Assembly: GCA_016792625.1 (NCBI GenBank)
Contig: JAEUKK010000059.1
Span: forward strand, 32,210 to 96,209
Length of the DNA: 64,000 nucleotides
Direction: 5' to 3'
From: Deltaproteobacteria bacterium
Lineage (GTDB): Bacteria > Myxococcota_A > UBA796 > UBA2385
Part shown: piece by piece, positions 28,533 to 36,965 of the stretch
Layout: each line of letters opens with the position of its first letter
Numbering within the stretch: the stretch's first letter is position 1
The notes under the pieces: generated by a model
Seen by the model: only the letters and a program-made list of their open reading frames with translations
Database searches by the model: none
Told to the model about the DNA's origin: nothing
Program-made: the position numbers and the translations under genes

Positions 28533-29075
28533 ATGAACGCCCGCATCGCCGCCCTCGCCCTCGGGCTCGGCCTGTCCAGCCTCTCTGCCGCCACCCTGCT
28601 CACGCCGACCCCCGCCGCCGCCCAGCAGGCGCTCAAGGTCGGCACAGTCGACTTCCAGCGCGCGCTGGGTGAGGTCTCCGAGGGCAAGGCCACCAAGGCG
28701 CGCCTCGAGAAGATGTACGAGGACAAGAAGGCCGCCCTCCAAAAGATGGAGCAGCAGCTGGTCACCGCCCAGAAGGACTACGAGAAGCAGGCGATGGTGC
28801 TCAGCGACGCGGTGCGCGCCCAGAAAGAGCAGGAGCTCATGCAGCAGCAGATGGTCTTCCAGCAGACCTACATGCAGTCCGAGCAGGAGTTCCAGGCCGC
28901 CTACGGCCAGGCGATGGAGACGCTGATCACCAAGATGAAGACCACCACCGAGCTCATCGCCAAAGAGAAGGGCTACACGCTGGTGGTCGAGGTCAGCGAG
29001 GGCGGGGTGGTCTACTCGGTGCCGACCATCGACCTGACCGCTGAGCTGATCACGCGGTTCAACGCCGGGAAGTGA
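28533..29075 (+). CDS. skp: Periplasmic chaperone Skp/OmpH
   Basis: 180 aa. A signal peptide is followed by the coiled-coil-rich K/E/Q sequence typical of OmpH (KVGTVDFQRAL...KMYEDKKAALQKMEQQL). It occupies the canonical position between bamA and lpxD. Confidence 0.85.
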   Translation: MNARIAALALGLGLSSLSAATLLTPTPAAAQQALKVGTVDFQRALGEVSEGKATKARLEKMYEDKKAALQKMEQQLVTAQKDYEKQAMVLSDAVRAQKEQELMQQQMVFQQTYMQSEQEFQAAYGQAMETLITKMKTTTELIAKEKGYTLVVEVSEGGVVYSVPTIDLTAELITRFNAGK

Positions 29076-29079
29076 GCGG

Positions 29080-30120
29080 GTGCGGGCCGACGCCCTCGCC
29101 GCTGCCCTCGGGGCGCGCCTCGACGGCCGGCCCGAGCTTGAGCTGCGCGGGGTCGCCGGCCTCGCCGACGCGGGCCCCGCCGAGCTGAGCTTCTTGGCCA
29201 ACCCGCGCTACCGCCGCCAGCTGCGGGCGACCGGCGCGGGCGCGGTGCTCCTGCGCAGCGCGCCGCCCGCCGCCGAGCGACCGGGGGCGACGCTCCTCCT
29301 CATTGACGACCCTTACGCTGCCTTCGCGAAGGCCGCCGCGCTGCTCCACCCCATGGCCTGGCCGGCGCCCGGCGTGCACCCCGCCGCGGTGGTGCACCCG
29401 AGCGCGAAGGTCGACGGGGCCACCGTCGAGGCTCTCGCCTTTGTCGGGCCGGGCGCGGTGGTCGGCCCGGGCAGCTGGCTGGAGCCCGGCGCGGTGGTCG
29501 CCGCCGGCGCGCGGGTTGGCGCACACTGCCGCTTGATGGCCCACAGCGTGGTCGCGGCCGGCTGCCGTCTGGGCGACCGCGTCTGGCTCAACCCCGGCGC
29601 GGTGGTCGGCGGCGAGGGCTTTGGTTTTGCGCCCACCGCAGCGGGCCACCAAAAGGTGCCCCAGCTCGGCGTCGCCGAGGTCGAGGACGACGTGGAGATC
29701 GGCGTGCACAGCGCCGTGGACCGCGCGGCCTTGCCCCGGCAGCGCACCCGGGTCGGAGCGGGCAGCCGCCTCGACAATTTCGTGCAGGTCGGCCACGGCG
29801 CTGAGGTCGGCCCCCACAACCTGCTCGTGGCCTACAGCGGCCTCGCCGGCTCGGCCCGCACCGGCCGCGGCGTGGTGCTCGCCGCCAAAGCCGCGGTGAT
29901 GGGCCACCTCGAGGTCGGTGACGGCGCGCGCCTCGGCGCAGCCAGCTTGCTGCTGCGCGACGCCCAGCCCGGCGAGGCCTTGGCCGGCGTCCCGGCGGTG
30001 CCCCACGCCGCCTGGCTGGCCCAAGCGGCCGCCGCGCCGACCTTGCATGAGGAGCTGCGGGCGCTCAAGGCCCGCGTCGCCGCGCTGGAGGCCGCCGCCC
30101 CGCGCCCGGAGCCCCGATGA
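29080..30120 (+). CDS. lpxD: UDP-3-O-acylglucosamine N-acyltransferase
   Basis: GTG start. The N-terminal LpxD domain is LSFLANPRYRRQL. Long hexapeptide repeats follow, and the catalytic-region block is FVQVGHGAEVGPHNLLVAYSGLAGS. Confidence 0.9.
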   Translation: MRADALAAALGARLDGRPELELRGVAGLADAGPAELSFLANPRYRRQLRATGAGAVLLRSAPPAAERPGATLLLIDDPYAAFAKAAALLHPMAWPAPGVHPAAVVHPSAKVDGATVEALAFVGPGAVVGPGSWLEPGAVVAAGARVGAHCRLMAHSVVAAGCRLGDRVWLNPGAVVGGEGFGFAPTAAGHQKVPQLGVAEVEDDVEIGVHSAVDRAALPRQRTRVGAGSRLDNFVQVGHGAEVGPHNLLVAYSGLAGSARTGRGVVLAAKAAVMGHLEVGDGARLGAASLLLRDAQPGEALAGVPAVPHAAWLAQAAAAPTLHEELRALKARVAALEAAAPRPEPR

Positions 30121-30566
30121 CCGACCTGCGCCTGCCCCTGCACGCCGCGGCCCTCGTGGCCCTGCTGCCCCACCGCCCGCCCTTTCTGCTGATCGACCTG
30201 GTGGACGCGCTGGAGCCAGGGCTCAGCGCCAGCGGGCGCTGGACGCCGCCCGCCGACCTGCCCGGCCTGTCGGGGCACTTCCCCGGAGATCCAGTGGTGC
30301 CCGGTGTGCTCCAGCTCGAGGCCCTCGCCCAGCTCAGCGCGGTGGTCGCGCTCAGCCTGCCCCGGGCCCCCGAGGCGCCGCCGCCCCAGGTGCGGCTGGC
30401 CGGCGTCGACGACGCGCGCTTCCGCGCGGTGGTGCGCCCGGGCGACCTGCTGCTGCTGCAGGCCACCTGCGCCGAGCGCCGGCGTGGGCTGTGGCGATTT
30501 ACCGTCGCCGCGACCTTCGCCGACGGGGCGCGGGTCTGCGCCGCGACGCTCACCGCCGGGGGCTGA
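30117..30566 (+). CDS. fabZ: 3-hydroxyacyl-ACP dehydratase
   Basis: ATGA overlap with lpxD. Motifs are LPHRPPFLLID and GHFPGDPVVPGVLQLEALAQ. Confidence 0.9.
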   Translation: MTDLRLPLHAAALVALLPHRPPFLLIDLVDALEPGLSASGRWTPPADLPGLSGHFPGDPVVPGVLQLEALAQLSAVVALSLPRAPEAPPPQVRLAGVDDARFRAVVRPGDLLLLQATCAERRRGLWRFTVAATFADGARVCAATLTAGG

Positions 30567-30575
30567 GCCCGGCCC

Positions 30576-31502
30576 TCAACCGCGCAGGTGGGGCCCGACC
30601 CGCCCCTCGACAAAGGGCACCTCGAGCACCTTCTCGTGGGGCACCGGGCCGTGCCCGAAGTAGCCGCCCTCGCCGAAGAGCTCGCCGTGGTCGCTAGTCA
30701 CGATGAGGTGGCTGTCGTCGGGCATCTTGGCCCACAGCCGCGGCAGCAGCGCGTCGAGGGCCGCCGCGGCCCGCACCTGGCGCTGGCGCAGGGCGTCGAG
30801 GCGCGCGGGTGAGAAAAAGGCCGGGGCCTCGGCCACCGGGACCGGCGCCCCCGCCGCCACACGCCCAAAGACCCCGTGCACGCCGGCGAGCCGCGGCGCG
30901 TCATCGGGCGGGTCGCCCGGCAGCAGGTAGGGGTAGTGGGCCTCGCCTGTGTTGATGAGCGTAAAACTCGGCTGGTGCCGGGGGAGCTCCAGTATGTCGA
31001 GGATGGCGCCCAGGTCGTTGTGCTGGGGCATCTGCACATAGTGGTCAAAGCCCACCGCCAGCGGCACGGCCGGGTTGAGGCTGGGCAAGGAGACGAAGGC
31101 CTGGGTGCGGTAGCCGAAGCGCTCGCGCAGGGCCGAGGGCAGGTAGAGCGCCGGCCCGAGGCTGAGCACGGCGAGGGCGTCGAGCCCGAGGCGCTCCCCC
31201 CAGGCCCGCAGCTCGGCGCCATGCCAAGCGACCCCGTGCACCCCCGGCGGGGCCTTATGGGGCAGAATGCCCATCAGCAGGTTGTAGTGCGCGGGGGCCG
31301 TCCAGGTCGCATAGGACCAGCGGCGCTCGATCGGCCCGAGCCGCGGCAGGTGGACCGGCGCCGCGGCGCACAGGCTGTCCCAGCGGAGCGAGTCGAGCAC
31401 CAGCAGGACGACGTGGCGGCCGGCCGCTGCGGGGAGGATCCGCGGGCTCGCCCCGCGGATCGAGGCGGCGGAGATCTTGGGCCGCCCGGCTGCTCCGCTC
31501 AC
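30576..31502 (-). CDS. Alkaline-phosphatase-superfamily hydrolase/transferase (sulfatase/NPP-like), soluble
   Basis: Metal-site blocks are VVLLVLDSLRWDS and IVTSDHGELFGEGGYFGHG. The track start is 31622. I prefer the GTG at 31500-31502, which lies 5-6 nt after GGGAGG (uncertain). Confidence 0.65.
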   Translation of the reverse strand: MSGAAGRPKISAASIRGASPRILPAAAGRHVVLLVLDSLRWDSLCAAAPVHLPRLGPIERRWSYATWTAPAHYNLLMGILPHKAPPGVHGVAWHGAELRAWGERLGLDALAVLSLGPALYLPSALRERFGYRTQAFVSLPSLNPAVPLAVGFDHYVQMPQHNDLGAILDILELPRHQPSFTLINTGEAHYPYLLPGDPPDDAPRLAGVHGVFGRVAAGAPVPVAEAPAFFSPARLDALRQRQVRAAAALDALLPRLWAKMPDDSHLIVTSDHGELFGEGGYFGHGPVPHEKVLEVPFVEGRVGPHLRG

Positions 31503-31595
31503 GCGCCTCCCTGCCCCGGCCTGGGCCGCGGTCGGGCGCGGGATAGCGCGTCCTCCGCACCTTTGCCTTGCCTTCCCTGCCGCCCGGAGGGCCCG

Positions 31596-32177
31596 ATGGG
31601 CCTGCGCACCCGCATCCTCCACCGTGTCCTCGCCGCCATCGGGCGACCACCGCCGGCGCCAGCGGCACCTCCAGCCTCGGCTCCCCCCACGGCTCCCCGG
31701 CCCGCGCCGGTGGCCGCCGCGCCCGCTGCTCCGCCGGCACGCCCGACCACGGCGGCAGCGCCCTCGACAGCGCCCTCCCCGACGTCATCCACAGCGTCAA
31801 CCACAGCGCCATCCACAGCGCCATCCACAGCGTCAACCACAGCGTCATCCACGACCTCATCCGCGGCGCCCGCCAGCGCCGCTCCGGCGCCCGGCGCTCC
31901 TCCCCCGACCCGGCCGGCCGAAGATCCTGCGGTCGCCGCCGAAAAAGCCGCCAAGCACCTCGAGAAGACCCGGCGGGCCATGCTCAAGCTGCTCATCGAG
32001 AAGGGCGGCACCGCCGGCCTCGGCGAGCTGCACGACCACAGCGAGCGGCGCTACTTCATCGGCCACAAGAAGTTCAGCGACATGATGGAGGGCCTGGTCG
32101 CCGCGGGCCTGATTGACTTCGACCACGGCGCGGGCCAAGCCCAGATCACCGCCGCTGGGCGGGCCCTGGTGGCTTAA
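31596..32177 (+). CDS. Hypothetical protein: long Pro/Ala/Ser/Thr-rich disordered N-half plus compact C-terminal helical (winged-helix-like?) domain
   Basis: Track ORF 30876-32177 is over-extended. The ATG at 31596 follows GGAGGG. The C-terminal domain reads MLKLLIEKGGTAGLGELHDHSERRYFIGHKKFSDMMEGLVAAGLIDFD. Confidence 0.6.
   Translation: MGLRTRILHRVLAAIGRPPPAPAAPPASAPPTAPRPAPVAAAPAAPPARPTTAAAPSTAPSPTSSTASTTAPSTAPSTASTTASSTTSSAAPASAAPAPGAPPPTRPAEDPAVAAEKAAKHLEKTRRAMLKLLIEKGGTAGLGELHDHSERRYFIGHKKFSDMMEGLVAAGLIDFDHGAGQAQITAAGRALVA
31785..31868. repeat. Seven imperfect 12-bp tandem units (consensus GYCAWCCACAGC) within the CDS above
   Basis: Read directly: gtcatccacagc gtcaaccacagc gccatccacagc gccatccacagc gtcaaccacagc gtcatccacgac ctcatccgcggc. 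It encodes (S/P)(S/T)TA repeats. Confidence 0.75.
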
Positions 32178-32192
32178 GCGCACCGCCCAGGC

Positions 32193-33317
32193 TCAGAGCG
32201 GCGCGGCATAGACCTGGGCGCTGCTGTGGCGCGCGGCGCCGAGCGCCCGGGCAGCCCCGACCACCGCATGATCGTCCAGCGGCACCTCGACCAGCTCGAG
32301 CGCCGTCCAGCCGCGCAGCAGGCCGCGGCGGGCGGTCTCGGCCAGCAGCACCTCTTCGATGCCCAGCCCCGCCGCCTCGGGCAGGGTGGCGAGCAAGCGC
32401 AGCCGCGCGCGGCGCACCTCATGCCGCGCCCGCAGCAGGCGCCAGAGGGTGAGCGGGCCGGCGCTGCCGTCGACGGTGCGCAGGTGCGCGGTGTCGGGCA
32501 CGGTGACCGCCACGCCCACCGGCCGGCCGTCGAGCTCGGCGAAGATCACCGACTCGGGCAGGGCCGCCCGGGCCAGCTCCAAGAACAGGCACGCGCTGGC
32601 CGGCGCGCCCGCCGCGCCCAGCCGGGTGGGGCCCAGCCCGCCCGCGACCACCCGCCAGCGGGGCAGCTCACGTTCGAGGTGCCGCAGGTCGGCGGTGCGG
32701 ACCTGCAGGCCCAGCCGCTCTTCGGTGCGGGCCGCTTGGGCAAAGAGACGCCCCAGACGCTGATCATGCACATCTAAGGGCCAAGTCCAGGCGGCGAGCT
32801 CGGCGGCGGGCTGCAGGCCGACCGCCTCGAGCAGCCGGGCGAGGTGCGGCGGCTCGACCGGCCCGCCCGCGCCCCCGCGCACCGGGACGCCCGCCCCGTC
32901 ATCGACCCCGAGCCCCACCGGCCCGACCACCCGCGCGCAGCCGAGCGCGCGCAGCCAGGCGCCGCAGCGGTCGATCAGGGCCCGGGCGGCCCCCTCGTCA
33001 TCGCGGCAGCAAAAGGCCGAGAACAGGCCATCCACCGCGCCCGGTGGCCGGACGGCGAGCACCCGCCCGACCACCTCGGCCCCCCGCGAAGCGCAGAGGG
33101 CGAGGCTGTCGGCGTGCTCGAGCGCGGGGCTGCCCGCCGGATCCATCCAGTAGAGCGCGTCGCGGCGGAAGTGTGGCCGAAAGCCGCCCTCGCCCGACCG
33201 GCAGACACGCTCGGCCTCGTAGAAGCGCAGGCGCTCGGCCCGCCGCCGCAGGTCGAGCCGCTCGACGCGCAGCGGCCGGGGATCGAGGGCGTGGGGGGCG
33301 GACAGCGCGACGCTCAT
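32193..33317 (-). CDS. Hypothetical protein, possibly GNAT-fold acyltransferase-like
   Basis: The ATG at 33315-33317 (MSVALSAPHAL) is preferred over the track start 33359. The product is ~374 aa and soluble. The C-terminal stretch LPEAAGLGIEEVLLAETARRGLLRGWTALELVEV resembles a GNAT acetyl-CoA-binding core. This is a weak by-eye call. Confidence 0.45.
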   Translation of the reverse strand: MSVALSAPHALDPRPLRVERLDLRRRAERLRFYEAERVCRSGEGGFRPHFRRDALYWMDPAGSPALEHADSLALCASRGAEVVGRVLAVRPPGAVDGLFSAFCCRDDEGAARALIDRCGAWLRALGCARVVGPVGLGVDDGAGVPVRGGAGGPVEPPHLARLLEAVGLQPAAELAAWTWPLDVHDQRLGRLFAQAARTEERLGLQVRTADLRHLERELPRWRVVAGGLGPTRLGAAGAPASACLFLELARAALPESVIFAELDGRPVGVAVTVPDTAHLRTVDGSAGPLTLWRLLRARHEVRRARLRLLATLPEAAGLGIEEVLLAETARRGLLRGWTALELVEVPLDDHAVVGAARALGAARHSSAQVYAAPL

Positions 33318-33327
33318 GACCCCTGCG

Positions 33328-34206
33328 CTACCGCGCCCCAGCGGCCTCGCAAGCGCCACCCGGCAGCAGCGCCGCCTGGGCCGCGGCGAGGTCTTCGACC
33401 AGGAGCGCGCGCTCTTGGGTCGCCAGCCAGGCCCGCTCCCAGGGCGGGGTGTGGGCGTTGGTCAGCAGCAGCACCCGCGCGCCCAGCGCGAGAGGCAGCG
33501 CCAAGTCCAGCTCGAAGATGTCGCCCATCACGCTGACCTCAGCCCAGCTGCAGCCGGCCTCGCGCCGCAGCGCGTCGAGGACCTCGAAGTAGGCGCGGCG
33601 CCGCAGCAGCACCGGACGGTCGAGGCCGGGCAGCTGGAGGGCCTCGGGCACACCATCCCAGGCGGGGTCGAGCTCATACTTGCGCGCGCGGCCATGCACC
33701 CGGCCCGTCCAGGCGGCGAGGCCCGGGTCTTCCGCCGCGGCGAGGCGCTCGAGCTTGGTGACCACCGCGTCGGTGTGGGAGTTGGTGACCACCCGCGCCG
33801 CCGTCGGCAGCAGGGCCCGCAGCAGCGCGCCCGCACCCGGCCGGAACACCGTGCCCGTCTTGACGTAGTTGTGCTTGTACAGCACCCCGTCGAGCACCCG
33901 CGTGCGCTCGGCCTCGTCGCGCAAGGCGCCCGCGTGGTCGAGCAGGCGCCGCGCCACCGGCATCATGCGCAGGTAGGGGTCGACCGAGGCGGGCGCGACC
34001 ACGTGGCCGAGAAAACGCCAGCCTTCGACCGCCGGGCGGGCGGCCACCTCGTCGGCAAAACGCAGCGCGAGCGCCTCGACCTCGTCGCGGGGCAGCCCAG
34101 TGATCACGGCGAGATCATCGAGGTAGCCCGCGCGAAAGGGCCCCGCCTCGGCCTCGGCGTCGGTCATCGTCCCATCAAAATCGAGCACGGTCAGCGCGCC
34201 GGCCAT
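33328..34206 (-). CDS. HAD-superfamily hydrolase
   Basis: Motif I is VLDFDGTMTD at the N-terminus. The late motif is VSVMGDIFELDL. 292 aa. Confidence 0.7.
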   Translation of the reverse strand: MAGALTVLDFDGTMTDAEAEAGPFRAGYLDDLAVITGLPRDEVEALALRFADEVAARPAVEGWRFLGHVVAPASVDPYLRMMPVARRLLDHAGALRDEAERTRVLDGVLYKHNYVKTGTVFRPGAGALLRALLPTAARVVTNSHTDAVVTKLERLAAAEDPGLAAWTGRVHGRARKYELDPAWDGVPEALQLPGLDRPVLLRRRAYFEVLDALRREAGCSWAEVSVMGDIFELDLALPLALGARVLLLTNAHTPPWERAWLATQERALLVEDLAAAQAALLPGGACEAAGAR

Positions 34207-34274
34207 GGCCCCTCCCGCGGCGAGCCTACACGCGGCGCGCGGCCCGGGGCCGCGGGCCCGGCTAGACCGCGCCC

Positions 34275-35282
34275 ATGACGCGCCCCCCTCGCACCTGGAC
34301 CGCGCGCGCCCTCCGCGCGGCCGCGCCCGCGCTGCTGCTGGGGGCGACCGCCGCCGCCGCAGACCCCACGGCCGAGGCCCGGCTGCTCGACGCGGCGCGG
34401 GCCGCAGATCGGGCCCAAGACCCCGCCGCTGAGCGGGCGGCCTGCGCCGCGCTGGTCGCCCTCGCGCCCACCGGCCGGGGCGGCCCCGCCTGCGCCGCCC
34501 GGCTGCGATGGCTCGACGAGCACAGCGATCTGGACGGTGGCTTCGACGATCTGCACCTGCTGCGCGCCGCGGGCGCGGGGAGGGCGCCCATCGAGGCGCT
34601 GCGGCCGCTCCTCCACCCCGAGGCGGCGCGCCCCGCCACCACCGCTGCGGCCGCCCTCGCCCTCGCCGCGGCCGCCCCGCCCGACGCGGCGGCGCGCGTG
34701 CTGGCGGATCGCTGGGCGGTGGAGCAGGCCCGCCCCACGCTGGCGCGGGCCGAACGGCTGATCCTCGGGGAGCAGGCCGCCGCCGCGCTGATCCGGGCCG
34801 GGTCGCCCGCCGCCGCCGCGCAGATCGAGGCGGAGCTCGCGCCGCCCCGCGCCCAGCGCCCGCTGGAGGGCGCCCCCCGCGCCCGCGCCGCCGCCGCGAC
34901 CGCCCGCCTGCTGCAGGCGGCGGGCCTGCTGCTCACGCTCGGCGCGCTGGGCTTGCTCGGGCCGGCGCGCCGCGGCTGGGCCCTCGGTCCGCGCCCCTAT
35001 GGGCCGGCGCTCCTGCTCGGGATCACCGCGCTGTGCGCTGCCCTCGCCGCCGCCTGGGAGCCGATGGCTGGCGCTCGGGTGCTCGGGCTCGGGCTGCTCC
35101 TCCTCCCCCTGCAGCTGCTCTGCGCGGGTGCGCTCGCCGCGCCGCCGGTCGCCCCGCTGCGCCGCGCCTGCGCCGCCGCGGCCACAGCGGGCGCCCTCCC
35201 CCTCGCCGCCCGCCTCGTCGGCCTCGACCTGCCCGGCTTCGTGACCCTGACCGAGGCCCTCGCCGCCCGGGGCCTGCGATGA
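34275..35282 (+). CDS. Membrane protein: signal peptide, Ala-rich helical periplasmic region, C-terminal TM bundle (first gene of the radical-SAM operon)
   Basis: 335 aa. The N-terminus is RALRAAAPALLLGATAAAADP. The C-terminal third holds 3-4 hydrophobic helices (LLQAAGLLLTLGALGLLG, ALLLGITALCAALAAAW, VLGLGLLLLPLQLLCAGAL). Confidence 0.65.
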   Translation: MTRPPRTWTARALRAAAPALLLGATAAAADPTAEARLLDAARAADRAQDPAAERAACAALVALAPTGRGGPACAARLRWLDEHSDLDGGFDDLHLLRAAGAGRAPIEALRPLLHPEAARPATTAAAALALAAAAPPDAAARVLADRWAVEQARPTLARAERLILGEQAAAALIRAGSPAAAAQIEAELAPPRAQRPLEGAPRARAAAATARLLQAAGLLLTLGALGLLGPARRGWALGPRPYGPALLLGITALCAALAAAWEPMAGARVLGLGLLLLPLQLLCAGALAAPPVAPLRRACAAAATAGALPLAARLVGLDLPGFVTLTEALAARGLR

Positions 35283-36643
35283 GCGCCGACCCCAGCGCCG
35301 CGCCCCCTGGCGAGCTCATCGCCGTGCGCCGCGGCCACCGGCCGAGCTGCAGCAGCGCCGGCAGCGTGGTCGGCGTCGCGCTGCTCAGCCTCGGCGCGGC
35401 CAGCCTCATCCTCAACAGCTTCGCCGACCTGTTCACCGCCTGGCGCAGCGGCGGCGGGCCGCCCGGCCCTCCCCCGCGCCTGCGGCCCGAGGCCGACGGC
35501 GGCGGGCGCCTCGCGCTGCCCCAAGGTGACGTGCTCGAGCTGAACCCCGAGGGCGTCGCGGCCGCGCGCCGCGCCGGGGCCACCGAGGTCGGCGCCGCCG
35601 CGCCCGCCGCGGTCACCGGCGCCCTGCGCGCGCCCGAAGAGGCCCACCTCGCGGTCACCGACCGCTGCCCAGCGGCCTGCGCCGGCTGCTACCTCGACGC
35701 GGGCCCCCATCGGGCGGGCCAAGACGCGGCCGCCCTGGGCGTGGTCATCGACGAGCTGGCCGATCTCGGCGTGCTCGAGCTGGCCTTCGGCGGCGGAGAG
35801 GCCCTGCTGCGCGGTGATCTGGTCGCGCTCGCCCACCGGGCCCGGGCGCGGGGCCTCGTGCCCAACCTCACCACCAGCGGCTTTGGCCTCAGCCCGGCCC
35901 GCGCGGCCGAGCTGGCAGCGGTTTTTGGCCAGATCAACGTGTCCATCGACGGGCTGGAGCGCACCTACGCCGAGGCGCGGGGCTGGGAGGGCGCCGCCCA
36001 AGGCCGGGCCGCCGTGCGCGCGCTGGTCGCCGCCGGGGCCCGCGTCGGCGTGAACACCGTGATGTCGCGCCCCCTGCTCGAGACCCCCGGCGCGCTCGAG
36101 GCGCTCGGGGCGGCGATCGCCGAGGACGGCGCCACCGAGTGGCAGTGGCTGCGCTTCAAGCCCGCCGGTCGCGGCGCCGCCGCCTGGGACCAGCTCGCCC
36201 CGCCGCCCGCGCTGCTCGACGGGCTCTGGCCCCGGGCCCTGGCCGTCGAGGCCGCCGGCCGCCTGCGCCTGCGCTGGGACTGCGCGCTGGTGCCCTTCTT
36301 GGTCGACCACGGGGTCGATCCCGAGGCGCTGCGCCTGCTCGGGGTGCGCGGCTGCACCGCCGGCCAAGACCTGTGGAGCCGCCACGCCGACGGCCGGTGG
36401 GCGGGCTGCTCCTTCTTGCCCGGCGCGCCGGCGGAGGGCGCGCTCTCCGCCGCCTGGGCCGCGGCCCCCGAACTTCAGGCCCTGCGCGACCGCCCCGCGG
36501 CCGAACCCTGCGCCTCCTGCCCGGTGGCCGCGACCTGCCGGGGCGGCTGCCGGGTCGTCTCCGCCCACCTGACCGGCGACGCCGCGGCGCCCGATCCCGA
36601 GTGCCCGCGCGTCCGCCGATGGGAGGCCGCCCGTGTCGGCTGA
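35279..36643 (+). CDS. Radical SAM enzyme with C-terminal SPASM domain and an N-terminal hydrophobic segment
   Basis: ATGA overlap with the upstream gene. CX3CX2C is exact (CPAACAGC, nt 35666-35689). The GGE motif is LAFGGGEALL. The SPASM CX2CX5CX3C is exact (CASCPVAATCRGGC), and additional Cys occur (CTAGQ...GC, ECP). Residues ~28-52 are GSVVGVALLSLGAASLILNSFADLF. Confidence 0.85.
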   Translation: MSADPSAAPPGELIAVRRGHRPSCSSAGSVVGVALLSLGAASLILNSFADLFTAWRSGGGPPGPPPRLRPEADGGGRLALPQGDVLELNPEGVAAARRAGATEVGAAAPAAVTGALRAPEEAHLAVTDRCPAACAGCYLDAGPHRAGQDAAALGVVIDELADLGVLELAFGGGEALLRGDLVALAHRARARGLVPNLTTSGFGLSPARAAELAAVFGQINVSIDGLERTYAEARGWEGAAQGRAAVRALVAAGARVGVNTVMSRPLLETPGALEALGAAIAEDGATEWQWLRFKPAGRGAAAWDQLAPPPALLDGLWPRALAVEAAGRLRLRWDCALVPFLVDHGVDPEALRLLGVRGCTAGQDLWSRHADGRWAGCSFLPGAPAEGALSAAWAAAPELQALRDRPAAEPCASCPVAATCRGGCRVVSAHLTGDAAAPDPECPRVRRWEAARVG

Positions 36644-36965
36644 GCACATGCCACCGCGGCGGGCGGGGCTGGCGCTGGGCCTCGCCCTGGGCTGGCTGGT
36701 GGTCGGCGCGGCCTACGTCGTGCAGCGCTTGGCCGACGCGGTCGATGAGCCGCCGATCACCGCCGTGCGGGCGACCGCCACCATCCCCTATTTTTGGCGG
36801 GTGGGCTCGAGCCTCGCCGCCGGCGCCTGCGCGGGCCTGCTCGCCGGCGCGGCGGTCGCCCTCGACCCCTCGGGGGCGCGGGCCGCCGCCCTGCTGCGGG
36901 CGCTGCCGGCGCTCTCAATCGCGCTCGGGATCGCCCTCAGCATCGCCATGGTGGCGGTGCCATGA
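36633..36965 (+). CDS. Small (110-aa) three-TM membrane protein
   Basis: The GTG at 36633 lies 6 nt after GGGAGG and overlaps the radical-SAM stop by 11 nt (alternative ATG at 36648). Three hydrophobic helices are present and GC3 is high. Confidence 0.6.
   Translation: MSAEHMPPRRAGLALGLALGWLVVGAAYVVQRLADAVDEPPITAVRATATIPYFWRVGSSLAAGACAGLLAGAAVALDPSGARAAALLRALPALSIALGIALSIAMVAVP

Noticed and set aside
35279-36643. rSAM/SPASM gene as the anaerobic sulfatase-maturating enzyme for the sulfatase-like gene at 30576-31502
   Set aside because: The AP-superfamily protein appears to have Thr, not Cys/Ser-x-P-x-R, at the nucleophile position. It is 4 kb away on the other strand, and anSMEs are soluble and not embedded among membrane proteins.
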